From: Candidatus Dormiibacterota bacterium
Lineage (GTDB): Bacteria; Chloroflexota; Dormibacteria; Aeolococcales; Aeolococcaceae
DNA length: 64,000 nt
Reading direction: 5' to 3'
NCBI GenBank assembly: GCA_003162415.1
Contig: PMOL01000011.1
Span: 84,701 to 148,700, forward strand
In this document: positions 39,239 through 49,167 of the stretch, one piece after another
How the letters are laid out: every line of letters begins with the position of its first letter
How positions within the stretch are numbered: the stretch's first letter is position 1
The notes under the pieces: model-generated
The model's input: the letters and a program-made list of their open reading frames with translations, nothing else
Databases searched by the model: none
What the model was told of the DNA's origin: nothing
Made by a program: the position numbers and the translations under genes

Positions 39239-41659
39239 ATGGCCAAGCGAGATCTCAGCGAATCAGACATCTGCGCCAAGTTCATCACCCCCGCCCTGAT
39301 CGGCGCCGGCTGGGATGAACTCACACAGCTACGGAGGGAGATCTCCTTTACCAAGGGCCAGATCAAAGTGCGCGGCAAAATGGTGACCCGCGGAGAAGGG
39401 AAGCGCGCGGACTACATCCTCTACTTCAAACCCAACATGCCACTCGCGGTCATCGAGGCCAAGGACAACAAGCACTCCGTCGGGGACGGCATGCAACAGG
39501 CACTCGATTACGCCGAGTTCCTGCAGGTTCCCTTCGTCTTCTCATCCAACGGCGACGGCTTCGTCTTCCACGACTCGACCGGGCTCGGCGATGAGCTAGA
39601 GGCAACCTTGCCGATCGACAAGTTCCCATCCCCCCAGATGCTGTGGGCCCGCTACTGCCAGTGGAAGGGAATCACCCCCGAGGCGGAGCCGCTCGTCCTT
39701 CAGGACTACTTCGACGACGCGAGCGGTCGCTACCCGCACTACTACCAGATGAATGCGGTCAACGCCGCTGTCGAGGCGGTCGCAAAGGGTCGGGACCGCC
39801 TCCTCCTGGTCATGGCCACCGGAACCGGCAAGACGTACACCGCATTCCAGATTATCTGGCGGCTCTGGAAGGCCGGCCACAAGAAGCGGATTCTCTACCT
39901 CGCCGACCGCAATTTGCTCATCGACCAGACCATGGTCAACGACTTCCGCCCCTTCGGCGGGGTGATGGCCAAGCTGAGCACCCGGAACAAAACGATCGGC
40001 CCCGATGAGGGCCCCGAATTGAACATCAACCTTGCGATCGACAAGCACCGCCGCATAGACACTGCCTTCGAGGTTTACATGAGCCTCTACCAGGCGATCA
40101 CCGGGCCCGAGGAACGGCAGAAGCTCTTCAAAGAGTTCTCGCCAGTCTTTTTCGATCTGATCGTGATCGATGAGTGTCATCGCGGTAGTGCCGACGAGGA
40201 ATCTGCGTGGCGGGAAATCCTCGACTACTTCTCCAGCGCCACACAGATCGGCATGACCGCGACCCCCAAGGAGACCGAGTTCGTCTCCAACATCCACTAC
40301 TTCGGCGATCCCATCTACACATACTCACTGAAGCAAGGCATCCTCGACGGCTTTCTCGCGCCGTTCAAGGTCATCCGGTCTCACATCGATCTGGATGTCG
40401 GAGGCTATCGGCCGGAGCCGGGGAAGCGGGACATCGAGGGACAAGAGATCGAAGATCGCGTCTACAACCCGCGCGACTTCGAGCGGACTCTGGTAATCGA
40501 CGATCGCACCAAGTTGGTGGCTGAGCGAATCAGCGAGTTCTTACGGGAGAGCGGCGACCGCTTCCAGAAAAGCATCATCTTCTGCGTCGATCAGGAGCAC
40601 GCCGCGCGCATGCGGCAGGCGCTGATCAATGCCAACAAAGACCTGGCGACCAACCCCCGCTACGTGATGCGTATCACGGGTGGTGCCCCGGAGGGTCAGG
40701 CTCAACTTGGCAACTTCACGGATCCGGAGAGCATTTACCCGGTACTCGTGACGACGTCTCGGCTCCTGTCCACCGGTATCGATGTGCAGACCTGCAAGTT
40801 GATCGTCATCGACAAGCAGATCGAATCCATGGGCGAGTTCAAGCAGATCATCGGCCGAGGCACACGGGTTCGTGAGGATGCCCACAAGTTCTACTTCACC
40901 ATCCTGGATTTCCGCGGCGCCTCGAATCACTTCGCCGACCCGGACTTCGACGGACCCCCAATCGAGATCTACGTACCTCCGAGCGGTGGACCGATGGTTC
41001 CACCCGACGACACCGAACCACCCGAGCCCGAGCCGGGCGAGATCATCGTGTCTGAACCCCCGCCGTATTACTCAGCGGAGAAGGGCGTGGGCGGACGACC
41101 GAAGATCTACATCAACGGCGTTCCTGCACAGATCATTCACGAGACCATTCAGTACGTCGACCACGACGGCAAGCTGATCACCGAAACACTCCGCGACTAC
41201 TCGAAGCGAACCATAACGGAGCACTTCGTGAGCCTTAGTTCTTTCCTCCAGCGTTGGAGCTCGTCAGAGCGTAAACAGGCGATCGTCGAAGAGCTGTCTG
41301 CTGAATGCATCCCGCTCGAGATCCTCGCAGATGAGGTTGGCAAGGACCTCGATCCCTTCGACTTGGTCTGCTACGTGGCCTTCGGTCAACCCCCGTTGAC
41401 CCGCAAGGAGCGTGCAGACAATGTACGTAAGCGGGATGTCTTCGCCAAGTACGGGTCACAGGCGAGAGCCGTTCTTGAGGCGCTCTTGCGTAAGTACCAA
41501 GATGACGGCATTGTGGATCTCAGTGATGTACGCATTCTGCAGATCCCCCCGCTGGATCAGATGGGCACGCTTGTGCAGTTGATCAAGGGCTTCGGCTCTC
41601 GCGATCAGTTCGAGCATGCCGTCCACGAGATGCAGGCTGCGCTCTATGAGGCCGCCTGA
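39239..41659 (+). CDS. hsdR: Type I restriction enzyme R subunit (endonuclease/helicase)
   Basis: N-terminal PD-(D/E)xK nuclease (ADYILYF...VIEAKD). SF2 helicase motifs I (MATGTGKTYTA) and II (DECHRG). Confidence 0.9.
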   Translation: MAKRDLSESDICAKFITPALIGAGWDELTQLRREISFTKGQIKVRGKMVTRGEGKRADYILYFKPNMPLAVIEAKDNKHSVGDGMQQALDYAEFLQVPFVFSSNGDGFVFHDSTGLGDELEATLPIDKFPSPQMLWARYCQWKGITPEAEPLVLQDYFDDASGRYPHYYQMNAVNAAVEAVAKGRDRLLLVMATGTGKTYTAFQIIWRLWKAGHKKRILYLADRNLLIDQTMVNDFRPFGGVMAKLSTRNKTIGPDEGPELNINLAIDKHRRIDTAFEVYMSLYQAITGPEERQKLFKEFSPVFFDLIVIDECHRGSADEESAWREILDYFSSATQIGMTATPKETEFVSNIHYFGDPIYTYSLKQGILDGFLAPFKVIRSHIDLDVGGYRPEPGKRDIEGQEIEDRVYNPRDFERTLVIDDRTKLVAERISEFLRESGDRFQKSIIFCVDQEHAARMRQALINANKDLATNPRYVMRITGGAPEGQAQLGNFTDPESIYPVLVTTSRLLSTGIDVQTCKLIVIDKQIESMGEFKQIIGRGTRVREDAHKFYFTILDFRGASNHFADPDFDGPPIEIYVPPSGGPMVPPDDTEPPEPEPGEIIVSEPPPYYSAEKGVGGRPKIYINGVPAQIIHETIQYVDHDGKLITETLRDYSKRTITEHFVSLSSFLQRWSSSERKQAIVEELSAECIPLEILADEVGKDLDPFDLVCYVAFGQPPLTRKERADNVRKRDVFAKYGSQARAVLEALLRKYQDDGIVDLSDVRILQIPPLDQMGTLVQLIKGFGSRDQFEHAVHEMQAALYEAA

Positions 41660-41661
41660 TC

Positions 41662-43116
41662 GTGGCTGTTCGCAACACCGTCAAGTCGATCCAGGACATC
41701 ATGCGTCAGGATGCCGGCGTCGACGGCGATGCCCAGCGCATCTCCCAGCTCTGCTGGATGTTTTTTCTGAAGATCCTCGACGACCAGGATCAGCAGCTCG
41801 AGATCCTCGATCCTGCCTACACGTCACCGGTCCCGCCGGAACTTCGCTGGGGCGCATGGGCTGCCAACGCTGAAGGGCTCACCGGCGAGGGGCTTCTCAA
41901 GTTCATCAACGAGGATCTCTTCCCCGGCCTCAAGGGGCTTGAACTGGCTGGAGCCCAAGCCCACCGCAAGCGCGTCGTCCAAGCCGTCTTCGAGGACGCG
42001 TACAACTACATGAAGTCCGGTCAGCTGGTTCGCCAGGTGATCAACAAGATCAACGAGGTCGACTTCAACGACCTCGCAGAACGCCAGCACTTCGGCGACG
42101 TCTACGAGCAGATCCTCAACGATCTCCAGAGCGCCGGCAACGCCGGCGAGTACTACACGCCACGAGCTGTGACGGCTTTCATGGCCGAAAGGGTCGACCC
42201 CAAGCCGGGCGAGATTCTGCTCGACCCGGCGTGTGGCACCGGCGGCTTCCTCACCTGTGCGATCCGCCACATGCGTGAGAACTACGTCAAGCGCCCCGAG
42301 GACGAGGCGCTTATCCAGGGTTCACTGCGGGCCGTCGAGAAGAAGCCCCTTCCCCACATGCTCTGCACAACGAACATGCTGCTCCATGGCATAGAGGATC
42401 CAAGTTTCGTCCGCCACGACAACACCCTAGCTCGCCCCTACGTCAGCTACGGCGCTGATGACCGCGTCGACATCGTGCTCACCAACCCACCCTTCGGTGG
42501 CAAGGAAGAGCCTGGCATCGAATCCAACTTCCCCGCCCATCTTCAGACCCGTGAGACAGCAGACCTGTTCCTCGCACTCATCATGCGTCTCCTCAAGAAA
42601 GACGGACGCGCTGCGGTTGTTTTGCCTGATGGCTCCCTCTTCGGGGAGGGGGTCAAAACGCGTCTAAAGGAAGCACTACTGACTGAGTGCAACCTGCATA
42701 CCATCGTTCGCCTTCCCAACAGTGTTTTCCGTCCCTACGCGAGCATCGGCACCAACCTGCTCTTCTTCGAGAAGGGCGAGCCGACGACTGACATCTGGTT
42801 CTACGAGCATCGTGTGACCGACGGGCAGAAAGCGTACTCGATGACTAGGCCGATCCGGCTCGACCATCTTCAGCCTTGTGTGGACTGGTGGGGCGGAGCA
42901 AGCCGCGAGGGCAGAATCGAGACCGAAGTCACTTGGAAGGTCACGGCTGAAGCGATCAAGGACCGTGGATACAACCTCGATATTAAGAATCCGCATGTGC
43001 TGGCTCGCAGCCACGGCAATCCCGAAGAGTTACTGTCCCAGCTCAATGCGGCAGAAGCCACCGTAGCACTGATTCGCACCAAGCTCAAAGAACAGTTGGA
43101 AGAGGCGTTGCGTTAG
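41662..43116 (+). CDS. hsdM: Type I restriction-modification system M subunit (N6-adenine DNA methyltransferase)
   Basis: HsdM_N region, AdoMet motif I (DPACGTGGFL) and catalytic NPPFGG. Confidence 0.9.
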   Translation: MAVRNTVKSIQDIMRQDAGVDGDAQRISQLCWMFFLKILDDQDQQLEILDPAYTSPVPPELRWGAWAANAEGLTGEGLLKFINEDLFPGLKGLELAGAQAHRKRVVQAVFEDAYNYMKSGQLVRQVINKINEVDFNDLAERQHFGDVYEQILNDLQSAGNAGEYYTPRAVTAFMAERVDPKPGEILLDPACGTGGFLTCAIRHMRENYVKRPEDEALIQGSLRAVEKKPLPHMLCTTNMLLHGIEDPSFVRHDNTLARPYVSYGADDRVDIVLTNPPFGGKEEPGIESNFPAHLQTRETADLFLALIMRLLKKDGRAAVVLPDGSLFGEGVKTRLKEALLTECNLHTIVRLPNSVFRPYASIGTNLLFFEKGEPTTDIWFYEHRVTDGQKAYSMTRPIRLDHLQPCVDWWGGASREGRIETEVTWKVTAEAIKDRGYNLDIKNPHVLARSHGNPEELLSQLNAAEATVALIRTKLKEQLEEALR

Positions 43117-44678
43117 TGCCAGCCAACATCTTGCTTCGGGAGATGCAGCGTGTGAGCGAGGCTCCGGGCTCCATCTCGGCCTTTCGCCGTCTCGCTCTGG
43201 AGCTCGGGCTCTCAGGCCAGCTTACGCGACACACGGCGTCGGAACCATCTGAATACAGGTCTCTCGGGCAAGTTGCGGAACTCATCATGGGACAAGCGCC
43301 GCCCGGTTCTGATTGCAATCTCCGTGGTGAGGGTGTGGTCTTTGTCAAGGTGGGGGAGTTTGGACCGCTTTATCCCCAAGAGGTGGTATGGACGACGCGA
43401 CCACGGAGGATGGCACGCAAAGGCGACGTTCTGATTTGTGTGGTCGGCGCGACTGTTGGGAAGCTAAACCTCGGGATCGATTGCGCAATCGGGCGCAGTG
43501 TCGCGGCGCTGCGTCCAAGCCCTTCCATTGATACCAAGTTCCTCTACATGTCCCTCATGCCGTATACGCTTGGGCTTCGGACGGGCGCTCGCGGCTCGGC
43601 GCAAGGCGTCATTGGTCGTTCCGATCTCTCTTCGATTTCTATTTGGTGCCCCTCGCTTGCAGAGCAAGGTGACATAGTCGTCCAGATCGAAGGTCTATGG
43701 TCTCTATGCGACGAGTTAGGAGCAGCGCAACACGTTCGCGACAACATGCGCGATGCAGCCGCAGCCGCAGCCCTGGGCAGCCTGACCTCGACCTCTAATG
43801 CGGCGCCGTTCGACTCCAACGCATTTACGACCCGCGCCCACTTCTACATCAACAACACACCCAAATTCATCACTCGCCCCGAGCATGTCGCTGAGATCCG
43901 CAAGACCGTACTCAATCTCGCTGTCCGTGGCCGGCTGGTGCCCCAGGATCCACTCGATGAGCCTTCAGCGCATCTGCTGTTACGTTTGCGTGATCAACAA
44001 CGGCGGCCCACGTCGACCAACGGCTCAGAAACGCCTCGCCCATTCACGATCCCGGGCTCATGGGCGTGGTGCCGCTTTCCGGAAGTTGGTACCTTCGGCA
44101 GGGGCACCTCCAAGCATCGCCCAAGAAATGACTCCTCGCTTTTCCGCGACGGGAGCTATCCCTTCATCCAGACTGGAGACGTGGCTAGGTCGGGCGGCAC
44201 GATTCGGACGTTCACAAGCCTGTACAACGAGGCGGGTCTGGCACAGAGCGCAGAGTGGCCAATCGGTACCCTCTGCATAACCATCGCCGCAAATATTGCC
44301 TGTAGTGGAATCCTATCTTTCAAAGCTTGCTTTCCGGACAGTGTTGTTGGGCTAGTGGTTGCAGAAGAGCTTGGCGACGCACGATATTTCGAGTACTTCG
44401 TTCGCACAGCCCGAGACGACCTTTCCCAGTACGCGCCATCGACCGCACAAAAGAATATCAACCTGGCAATCCTGAACGAGGTCGCCATACCTCTACCCCC
44501 ACTAGCGGAGATGCGGCGCATCGTTTCCAAGGTCGATGCGTTAATGACTGTTTGTGACGAACTCGAGGACAGCCTCTTGACCGCGCAATCCGAGGGAAGC
44601 CGCTTCCTCCAGGCAACGCTATTCGAGTGCCTCGCGAACTTCGGCTTTGGCAACGCTCCCCCCGCGTTGTCGGCCTGA
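43116..44678 (+). CDS. hsdS: Type I restriction-modification system S (specificity) subunit
   Basis: Two target-recognition domains separated by conserved coiled-coil spacers. It is coupled to the hsdM stop. Confidence 0.8.
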   Translation: MPANILLREMQRVSEAPGSISAFRRLALELGLSGQLTRHTASEPSEYRSLGQVAELIMGQAPPGSDCNLRGEGVVFVKVGEFGPLYPQEVVWTTRPRRMARKGDVLICVVGATVGKLNLGIDCAIGRSVAALRPSPSIDTKFLYMSLMPYTLGLRTGARGSAQGVIGRSDLSSISIWCPSLAEQGDIVVQIEGLWSLCDELGAAQHVRDNMRDAAAAAALGSLTSTSNAAPFDSNAFTTRAHFYINNTPKFITRPEHVAEIRKTVLNLAVRGRLVPQDPLDEPSAHLLLRLRDQQRRPTSTNGSETPRPFTIPGSWAWCRFPEVGTFGRGTSKHRPRNDSSLFRDGSYPFIQTGDVARSGGTIRTFTSLYNEAGLAQSAEWPIGTLCITIAANIACSGILSFKACFPDSVVGLVVAEELGDARYFEYFVRTARDDLSQYAPSTAQKNINLAILNEVAIPLPPLAEMRRIVSKVDALMTVCDELEDSLLTAQSEGSRFLQATLFECLANFGFGNAPPALSA

Positions 44679-45104
44679 TTCACGTCTCGCACACCATGCG
44701 AATGACCAGTTGAACGCCCAGCGACTTTGATCTATCCCGCCACGACCTGCACGGCTAACCTAACGAGGTGAAGGTTTCATGGAACTCCGGGTGGTATTCC
44801 TGACGCGTCGTGAAAGGTGGATCCGTCTCAGCCCGGATGGGAGCCGAGGCGATGTCGTGCTTTGAGCACGATGGCCTGCTCCGTCGCCCAGATGCACTTC
44901 ATCCACGCACTCGTGAACAAGGGATTGTCGATCACGGGGCCCGGACCGGTCCGTTTCGGCGACGGGTTCCCCCCCATCCACGTCCAATACACTCGACGAC
45001 ATCCCGGTTAGGCAGGTCACCACACTCCCCTACCGACAATCATTCCGGCAGCCCGACATATCACCTAGGGCTGTATGATCGTGCTCGCGGTAGCGGGTCG
45101 GTGC

Positions 45105-45965
45105 TCAGTGACCGAACAAGCGTCGGTGGTAGGCAAGGAACTCCGGGTCAATACGGTGGCGCGGATGTCTACGTAGTAGCCCCAGGTCTGCACCCGTTTC
45201 CGCCGCCAACACCCGGTGTTCGGCGGTTATAAAGATGGCGCCTTTATCCAGTCGGACGTGGTCGTTTGGGCAAAGGCACAGCACGTTCTCCGCCACGTCT
45301 GGGCCGTTGTGCGGCATCCCCAGCGGCTTTATGTGCGCTCCCTCGGCGTAGGCAACCCCCGCCGGCAGCGCCACCTTCGTACCGCACACCTGACACGTGT
45401 AGTCGTTCAGCTGCTTCACTCCGACCGCGACCACCGTGTCTCGGACAATTCGCATCACGGTGGATGCCACGCGCTCGGGGGGCCCCGTCGGAACTGTTCC
45501 TGCCCTGTGCGGGACTGTTGCATGGTCCGTCTTGACCAAGTCAAAACGACAAATCTTCGGTCCGTCCTGGCTATCGTCCTCCCAACTCCGCACTACCGCG
45601 TACAGCCCGTCATACCGAAAGCCTTGGGTTGGCGAAAATGCCGGGTCACCCTTCGACCCGGGTATCACCCGGACAGGAAGGCCCTCCGCCTCGTTGACGC
45701 GCACGCCTTGATTGGCTTGCTCCCACACCTGGTCCTTGACCTGCCGCCCAGCGGCGTCCTGACCGCCGTAGCCGGTGTAGATGATTTCGTCGCCGTAGTC
45801 GTGGTCATCCTGGTAGCCGCCGTTAAGGACGATCGACTCGGTGCCGCGTTGCGCGCCTCCGACCATCCCGGCTTGCCGGTTGCGATGGACACCGGCAGCG
45901 ACCAGCGCCGCCCTGTCACGGTAGGCGGTGCCTGGGGGATTGCCATCGATGGCGCCGAAGGGCAT
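45105..45965 (-). CDS. SRA(YDG)-HNH modification-dependent restriction endonuclease (Type IV, ScoMcrA/TagI-like)
   Basis: N-terminal SAD/SRA domain with the YDG motif (GFRYDGLY). C-terminal HNH (CQVCG...HIKP...NVLCLCPNDH). Confidence 0.75.
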   Translation of the reverse strand: MPFGAIDGNPPGTAYRDRAALVAAGVHRNRQAGMVGGAQRGTESIVLNGGYQDDHDYGDEIIYTGYGGQDAAGRQVKDQVWEQANQGVRVNEAEGLPVRVIPGSKGDPAFSPTQGFRYDGLYAVVRSWEDDSQDGPKICRFDLVKTDHATVPHRAGTVPTGPPERVASTVMRIVRDTVVAVGVKQLNDYTCQVCGTKVALPAGVAYAEGAHIKPLGMPHNGPDVAENVLCLCPNDHVRLDKGAIFITAEHRVLAAETGADLGLLRRHPRHRIDPEFLAYHRRLFGH

Positions 45966-46050
45966 CGGCTCATACGGTAATTCCGGGCAGCCCCGCCCGG
46001 CAACAGCGAACGCCGATTCGCGGGACCGACCCCGTTCCTCGGGCCGCCAG

Positions 46051-46917
46051 TTACTTCTGAACGACGGTCCCGGATTGCGGCGCCGGCGGCGCCACCACCG
46101 TATATATAGGGGCCAACTCTGACTCGGCGACCGCGAAGATTTTCACGCCGGTGCCGGCCTCGTCGAACTTGACGACCACCTCTTCGCCCGCACGGGTCAT
46201 GGTGCTCTTCAGGATGGTCCCGTCACCGTACCTGGGGTGGCGGGCGCGCGTGCCTTCGCTGAACCGCGCCGACGCCAATTGCGCTTTCGTGGGTTTCCAG
46301 ACCACGATTGGCTCGGCGTCGCGTTCCTCGTCCTCGATCTGCACAAGGTTGCTGACGTCACGTTGCACGCTGCGCATGATCCCCAGCATCTCCTCGACCA
46401 TTTCGCCGGTATCCCGTTTCGCTGGTGGACCGTCCGGCGCGACCTTTCTGACGCCATCCAGCTGCTGTTGCAGCACGGGCCACCATTGCTCGAACGCAGC
46501 GGATACGCGCGGCTCGTCCAGGGGTTCGCTGCATGCGCCATTGATCGAACGCACCAGTCCGTGGATATCCTGCTTCGTCAGGGTGGCCATCTGGAATGTG
46601 GCAAGTGGTCCAGTTACATCGGTGGGTTTCAGGTCCACCAGCACCGGTGCAGCCCTCCCGATCGCGAAGGCCTTTGACAGGGCACCTGCCTCGAAATTCA
46701 GCCACTCAGACGACACGTTCTCCCTGGTGACGCACAGCACGCCAAAGCCGCTGTCGTCCAACTCCTTCGCGATTTCGCTCACCCACCGCGCCCCCTTGTC
46801 GATGTCTTCCGCGGAAAGGAGCGTCTGCACCGACTGCAGGACAGACGGCAGCCACGCGTGGAACGCGTCGGCCAACGCTCGGCCACCTCTACCAGACCAG
46901 GCCAGAAACACCTTCAC
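46051..46917 (-). CDS. TIR-domain protein with C-terminal UvrD-C/Tudor-like (DUF3553-like) domain
   Basis: N-terminal bacterial TIR/DUF1863 pattern (KVFLAWSG...DIDKGARW...VLCVTRENVSSEWLNFEAG). The C-terminus (RARHPRYGDGTILKS...VVVKFDEAGTGVKIFAVAESELAPI) matches the UvrD/PcrA C-terminal Tudor-like motif. Confidence 0.65.
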   Translation of the reverse strand: MKVFLAWSGRGGRALADAFHAWLPSVLQSVQTLLSAEDIDKGARWVSEIAKELDDSGFGVLCVTRENVSSEWLNFEAGALSKAFAIGRAAPVLVDLKPTDVTGPLATFQMATLTKQDIHGLVRSINGACSEPLDEPRVSAAFEQWWPVLQQQLDGVRKVAPDGPPAKRDTGEMVEEMLGIMRSVQRDVSNLVQIEDEERDAEPIVVWKPTKAQLASARFSEGTRARHPRYGDGTILKSTMTRAGEEVVVKFDEAGTGVKIFAVAESELAPIYTVVAPPAPQSGTVVQK

Positions 46918-47195
46918 AGGCTGATTCTAGCTTCGGCCGGTCGGCGCCCCAAGTGGCCGACCGCTGCGGGCGCGGCCCGAACGGGGATTCACCGCGTACA
47001 GGGCGTTCTTCGCCGCTCAACCCGGTTTCTTCGTCAAGCACCCGGTCCTGGACGGTGCCGCGCGACCCGAAACCGTCGGAATGTGCCCCGCTATACCCGC
47101 CATCGGTCCACCGGTCCCCAACGATCGCCCCTCGGCGGTGGTACGGGGTCGTCAGCGCCCCACGATGATTCAGCGGCGCCGCGCCGGTTAGGCTG

Positions 47196-47918
47196 GTGAC
47201 CCCGATGATCTTTGAACGCCACGGCCAGTTACCCGCTTGCCGCTTGACCCAACAGGACCTCAGCAACCTTGGGGACATTTTTCAGGCGGTCCAGAAAGCG
47301 ACGAACGCCACGGGCGTCTACAAGATCGAAACCCCGTGGGGCACCTATTCCGCGGACAAGCTGAGTCTTCAGAGTCCCTCGTATGCGCCCCGTGACGTCG
47401 TCCGCCTCGAAATGACGCTTCAGTGGGCGGACGGGAACGCACGTCTGACGCTCGACCTTGACGTGCGCCCGTTCCGTGATGCACCTGGTGCTCCTGTCGA
47501 CCGCAGTTGGCTGGCGGTCGAAGGGCAGGAAGAAGTCGTAAGGCCCCTGTGGCGCGATGTCATGGACGTCATTGATCGTCGTCGGTCCGTCATGGGCGCC
47601 ATCCTCAGTTCGCCGAATGTGCAGATACTCGGTCTAATCGTCGCGATCGTCGCCGGGATACTCCTCCCGTACTACACGCTGAAGAAAGCGCGGGTCAACG
47701 ACTCGGCGATTCTGCCAGTGATCGTTGCAACCGCACTCGTCGCTGGGCTGATCTACCTTGCAGTCCTCGTCCCCGCCGGCGCCGCCCGCGTGCAGGTGGC
47801 CGGATGGGGAAGGCTGTCAAGCACACGCGGACGGGTCGCCTTTTGGGCGGTGACCGTTTTCGCGGGAGTCGTCGTGTGGGCGGTTACCCTTCTCCTCACC
47901 TTCTGGCTGTCGAAGTAG
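47196..47918 (+). CDS. hypothetical membrane protein (about 150-aa soluble N-domain plus three C-terminal TM helices)
   Basis: Hydrophobic segments (ILGLIVAIVAGILL, ILPVIVATALVAGLIYLAVLV, VAFWAVTVFAGVVVWAVTLLLTFWL). No recognisable domain. It is transcribed divergently from the TIR gene. Confidence 0.5.
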   Translation: MTPMIFERHGQLPACRLTQQDLSNLGDIFQAVQKATNATGVYKIETPWGTYSADKLSLQSPSYAPRDVVRLEMTLQWADGNARLTLDLDVRPFRDAPGAPVDRSWLAVEGQEEVVRPLWRDVMDVIDRRRSVMGAILSSPNVQILGLIVAIVAGILLPYYTLKKARVNDSAILPVIVATALVAGLIYLAVLVPAGAARVQVAGWGRLSSTRGRVAFWAVTVFAGVVVWAVTLLLTFWLSK

Positions 47919-47936
47919 CCGGCTGTCGCCGAAGCG

Positions 47937-49040
47937 CTAGTTGGGTCCCAGACCGCTGACCACGACCAGGCCTGCAGGGATCGACACGCCGCAGTCGAAC
48001 CTCGACACGACCAGGAGTCCGGTCTGGTCATTCGCCGCATATGTCTCCAGCAGGATCCGCATGTAACCGACCAGGTCGATTGCCACGAAGACCGTTCGCG
48101 GATCGACCAGCAGCGCAGTCGCGTTCGGCAGCGTTCCAGCTGGTGCTGGGACGACCGTGCGACCCAGGATCTGCTCAGCGCCCTGCACGGTCAGGTCAGG
48201 CGACAGCAGCGACCTTCCCAGTGTGTCGGTCAATTTGCGCAGCGTTCCGATGGTCTGCGCGTTGACGACCCAGAACTTCGGGTCGGCGTAGGCGTCCTGT
48301 GCCGCTGTCAGCGCGTCGGTCATCTGCGCCAGGATCGACTCGCCGACTGTGATCGTCAGCGTGACGCCACCGCCAGTTGCGGTCGCCGCGGCGCTGATGA
48401 CGGCGGTCGTGGCATTGGTGACGCTGGCCATGGTCGCGCCGGCGGGAATGCCCGCGCCGCTGATACTGCTGCCGACGTCGGCACTGGTGAACGCTGCGGT
48501 CGCGGACGTGATCGTCGTGGTGCTGTTCAGTACGCCGTCAGCAACGAAGCGCGAATGCTTGATCACCGTGGCGGCCTTCGGGATCAGACCGGTGATGCCA
48601 GCGGTTGCGTCGCCGTTGAACAGCGCCTTGTCGACCTGCTTGCGCAGCAGGTTCGTGATCGCGAACTGCGACGCTGTCAGCGCCGCGCTCGACCGCATCG
48701 ACTCGTTCGAAATCCGAACCATGACCTTCAGCGCGCGCAGGTCGCGGCCCATCGGTACCAGCTCGGACGTCGCGCCCTCGAATTCCGGCACGTCGCCGTT
48801 CGGCTCCACCCACACGCTCTCGTCGACGACCTGCTCGGCCATGCGCGGGATGTGTAGCGGGTGGTTGGTCTGCACTGCCTGCACACCGGGCATTGACATG
48901 ATCACCCTGTCCGCCATAAGCGGCGTGACGACGATCCCCAACCACTCCTCGGGCGTCAGTTCGGACCCGGCGCCAAGTACTGCTGGGGATAGGGCTGGCG
49001 TGACGGTCACCTCGTGATGTGTCACCCGATGTGGGCACAC
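47937..49040 (-). CDS. phage major capsid protein, HK97 fold
   Basis: Length and motifs are typical of HK97-family capsid proteins (...PEEW..., C-terminal LLVDPRTVFVAIDLVGYMRILLETYAANDQTGLLVVSRFDCGV). No other structural genes are adjacent. Confidence 0.7.
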   Translation of the reverse strand: MCPHRVTHHEVTVTPALSPAVLGAGSELTPEEWLGIVVTPLMADRVIMSMPGVQAVQTNHPLHIPRMAEQVVDESVWVEPNGDVPEFEGATSELVPMGRDLRALKVMVRISNESMRSSAALTASQFAITNLLRKQVDKALFNGDATAGITGLIPKAATVIKHSRFVADGVLNSTTTITSATAAFTSADVGSSISGAGIPAGATMASVTNATTAVISAAATATGGGVTLTITVGESILAQMTDALTAAQDAYADPKFWVVNAQTIGTLRKLTDTLGRSLLSPDLTVQGAEQILGRTVVPAPAGTLPNATALLVDPRTVFVAIDLVGYMRILLETYAANDQTGLLVVSRFDCGVSIPAGLVVVSGLGPN

Positions 49041-49167
49041 GCGCTGATCACGGGCTCTGTCCCAGCGCCCTTAGACGGCCATCCCGGCTCCGTCAGCTTG
49101 CGCCGAACTGCTGCACCCCGGATCGTCCGAACGGTTAGCCATTGTCGAGCAGCACCGTCCGGTCGTC

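Noticed and set aside
39596-40297. 233-aa minus-strand ORF inside hsdR
   Set aside because: It lies fully within the well-supported hsdR frame on the opposite strand and has no independent evidence.
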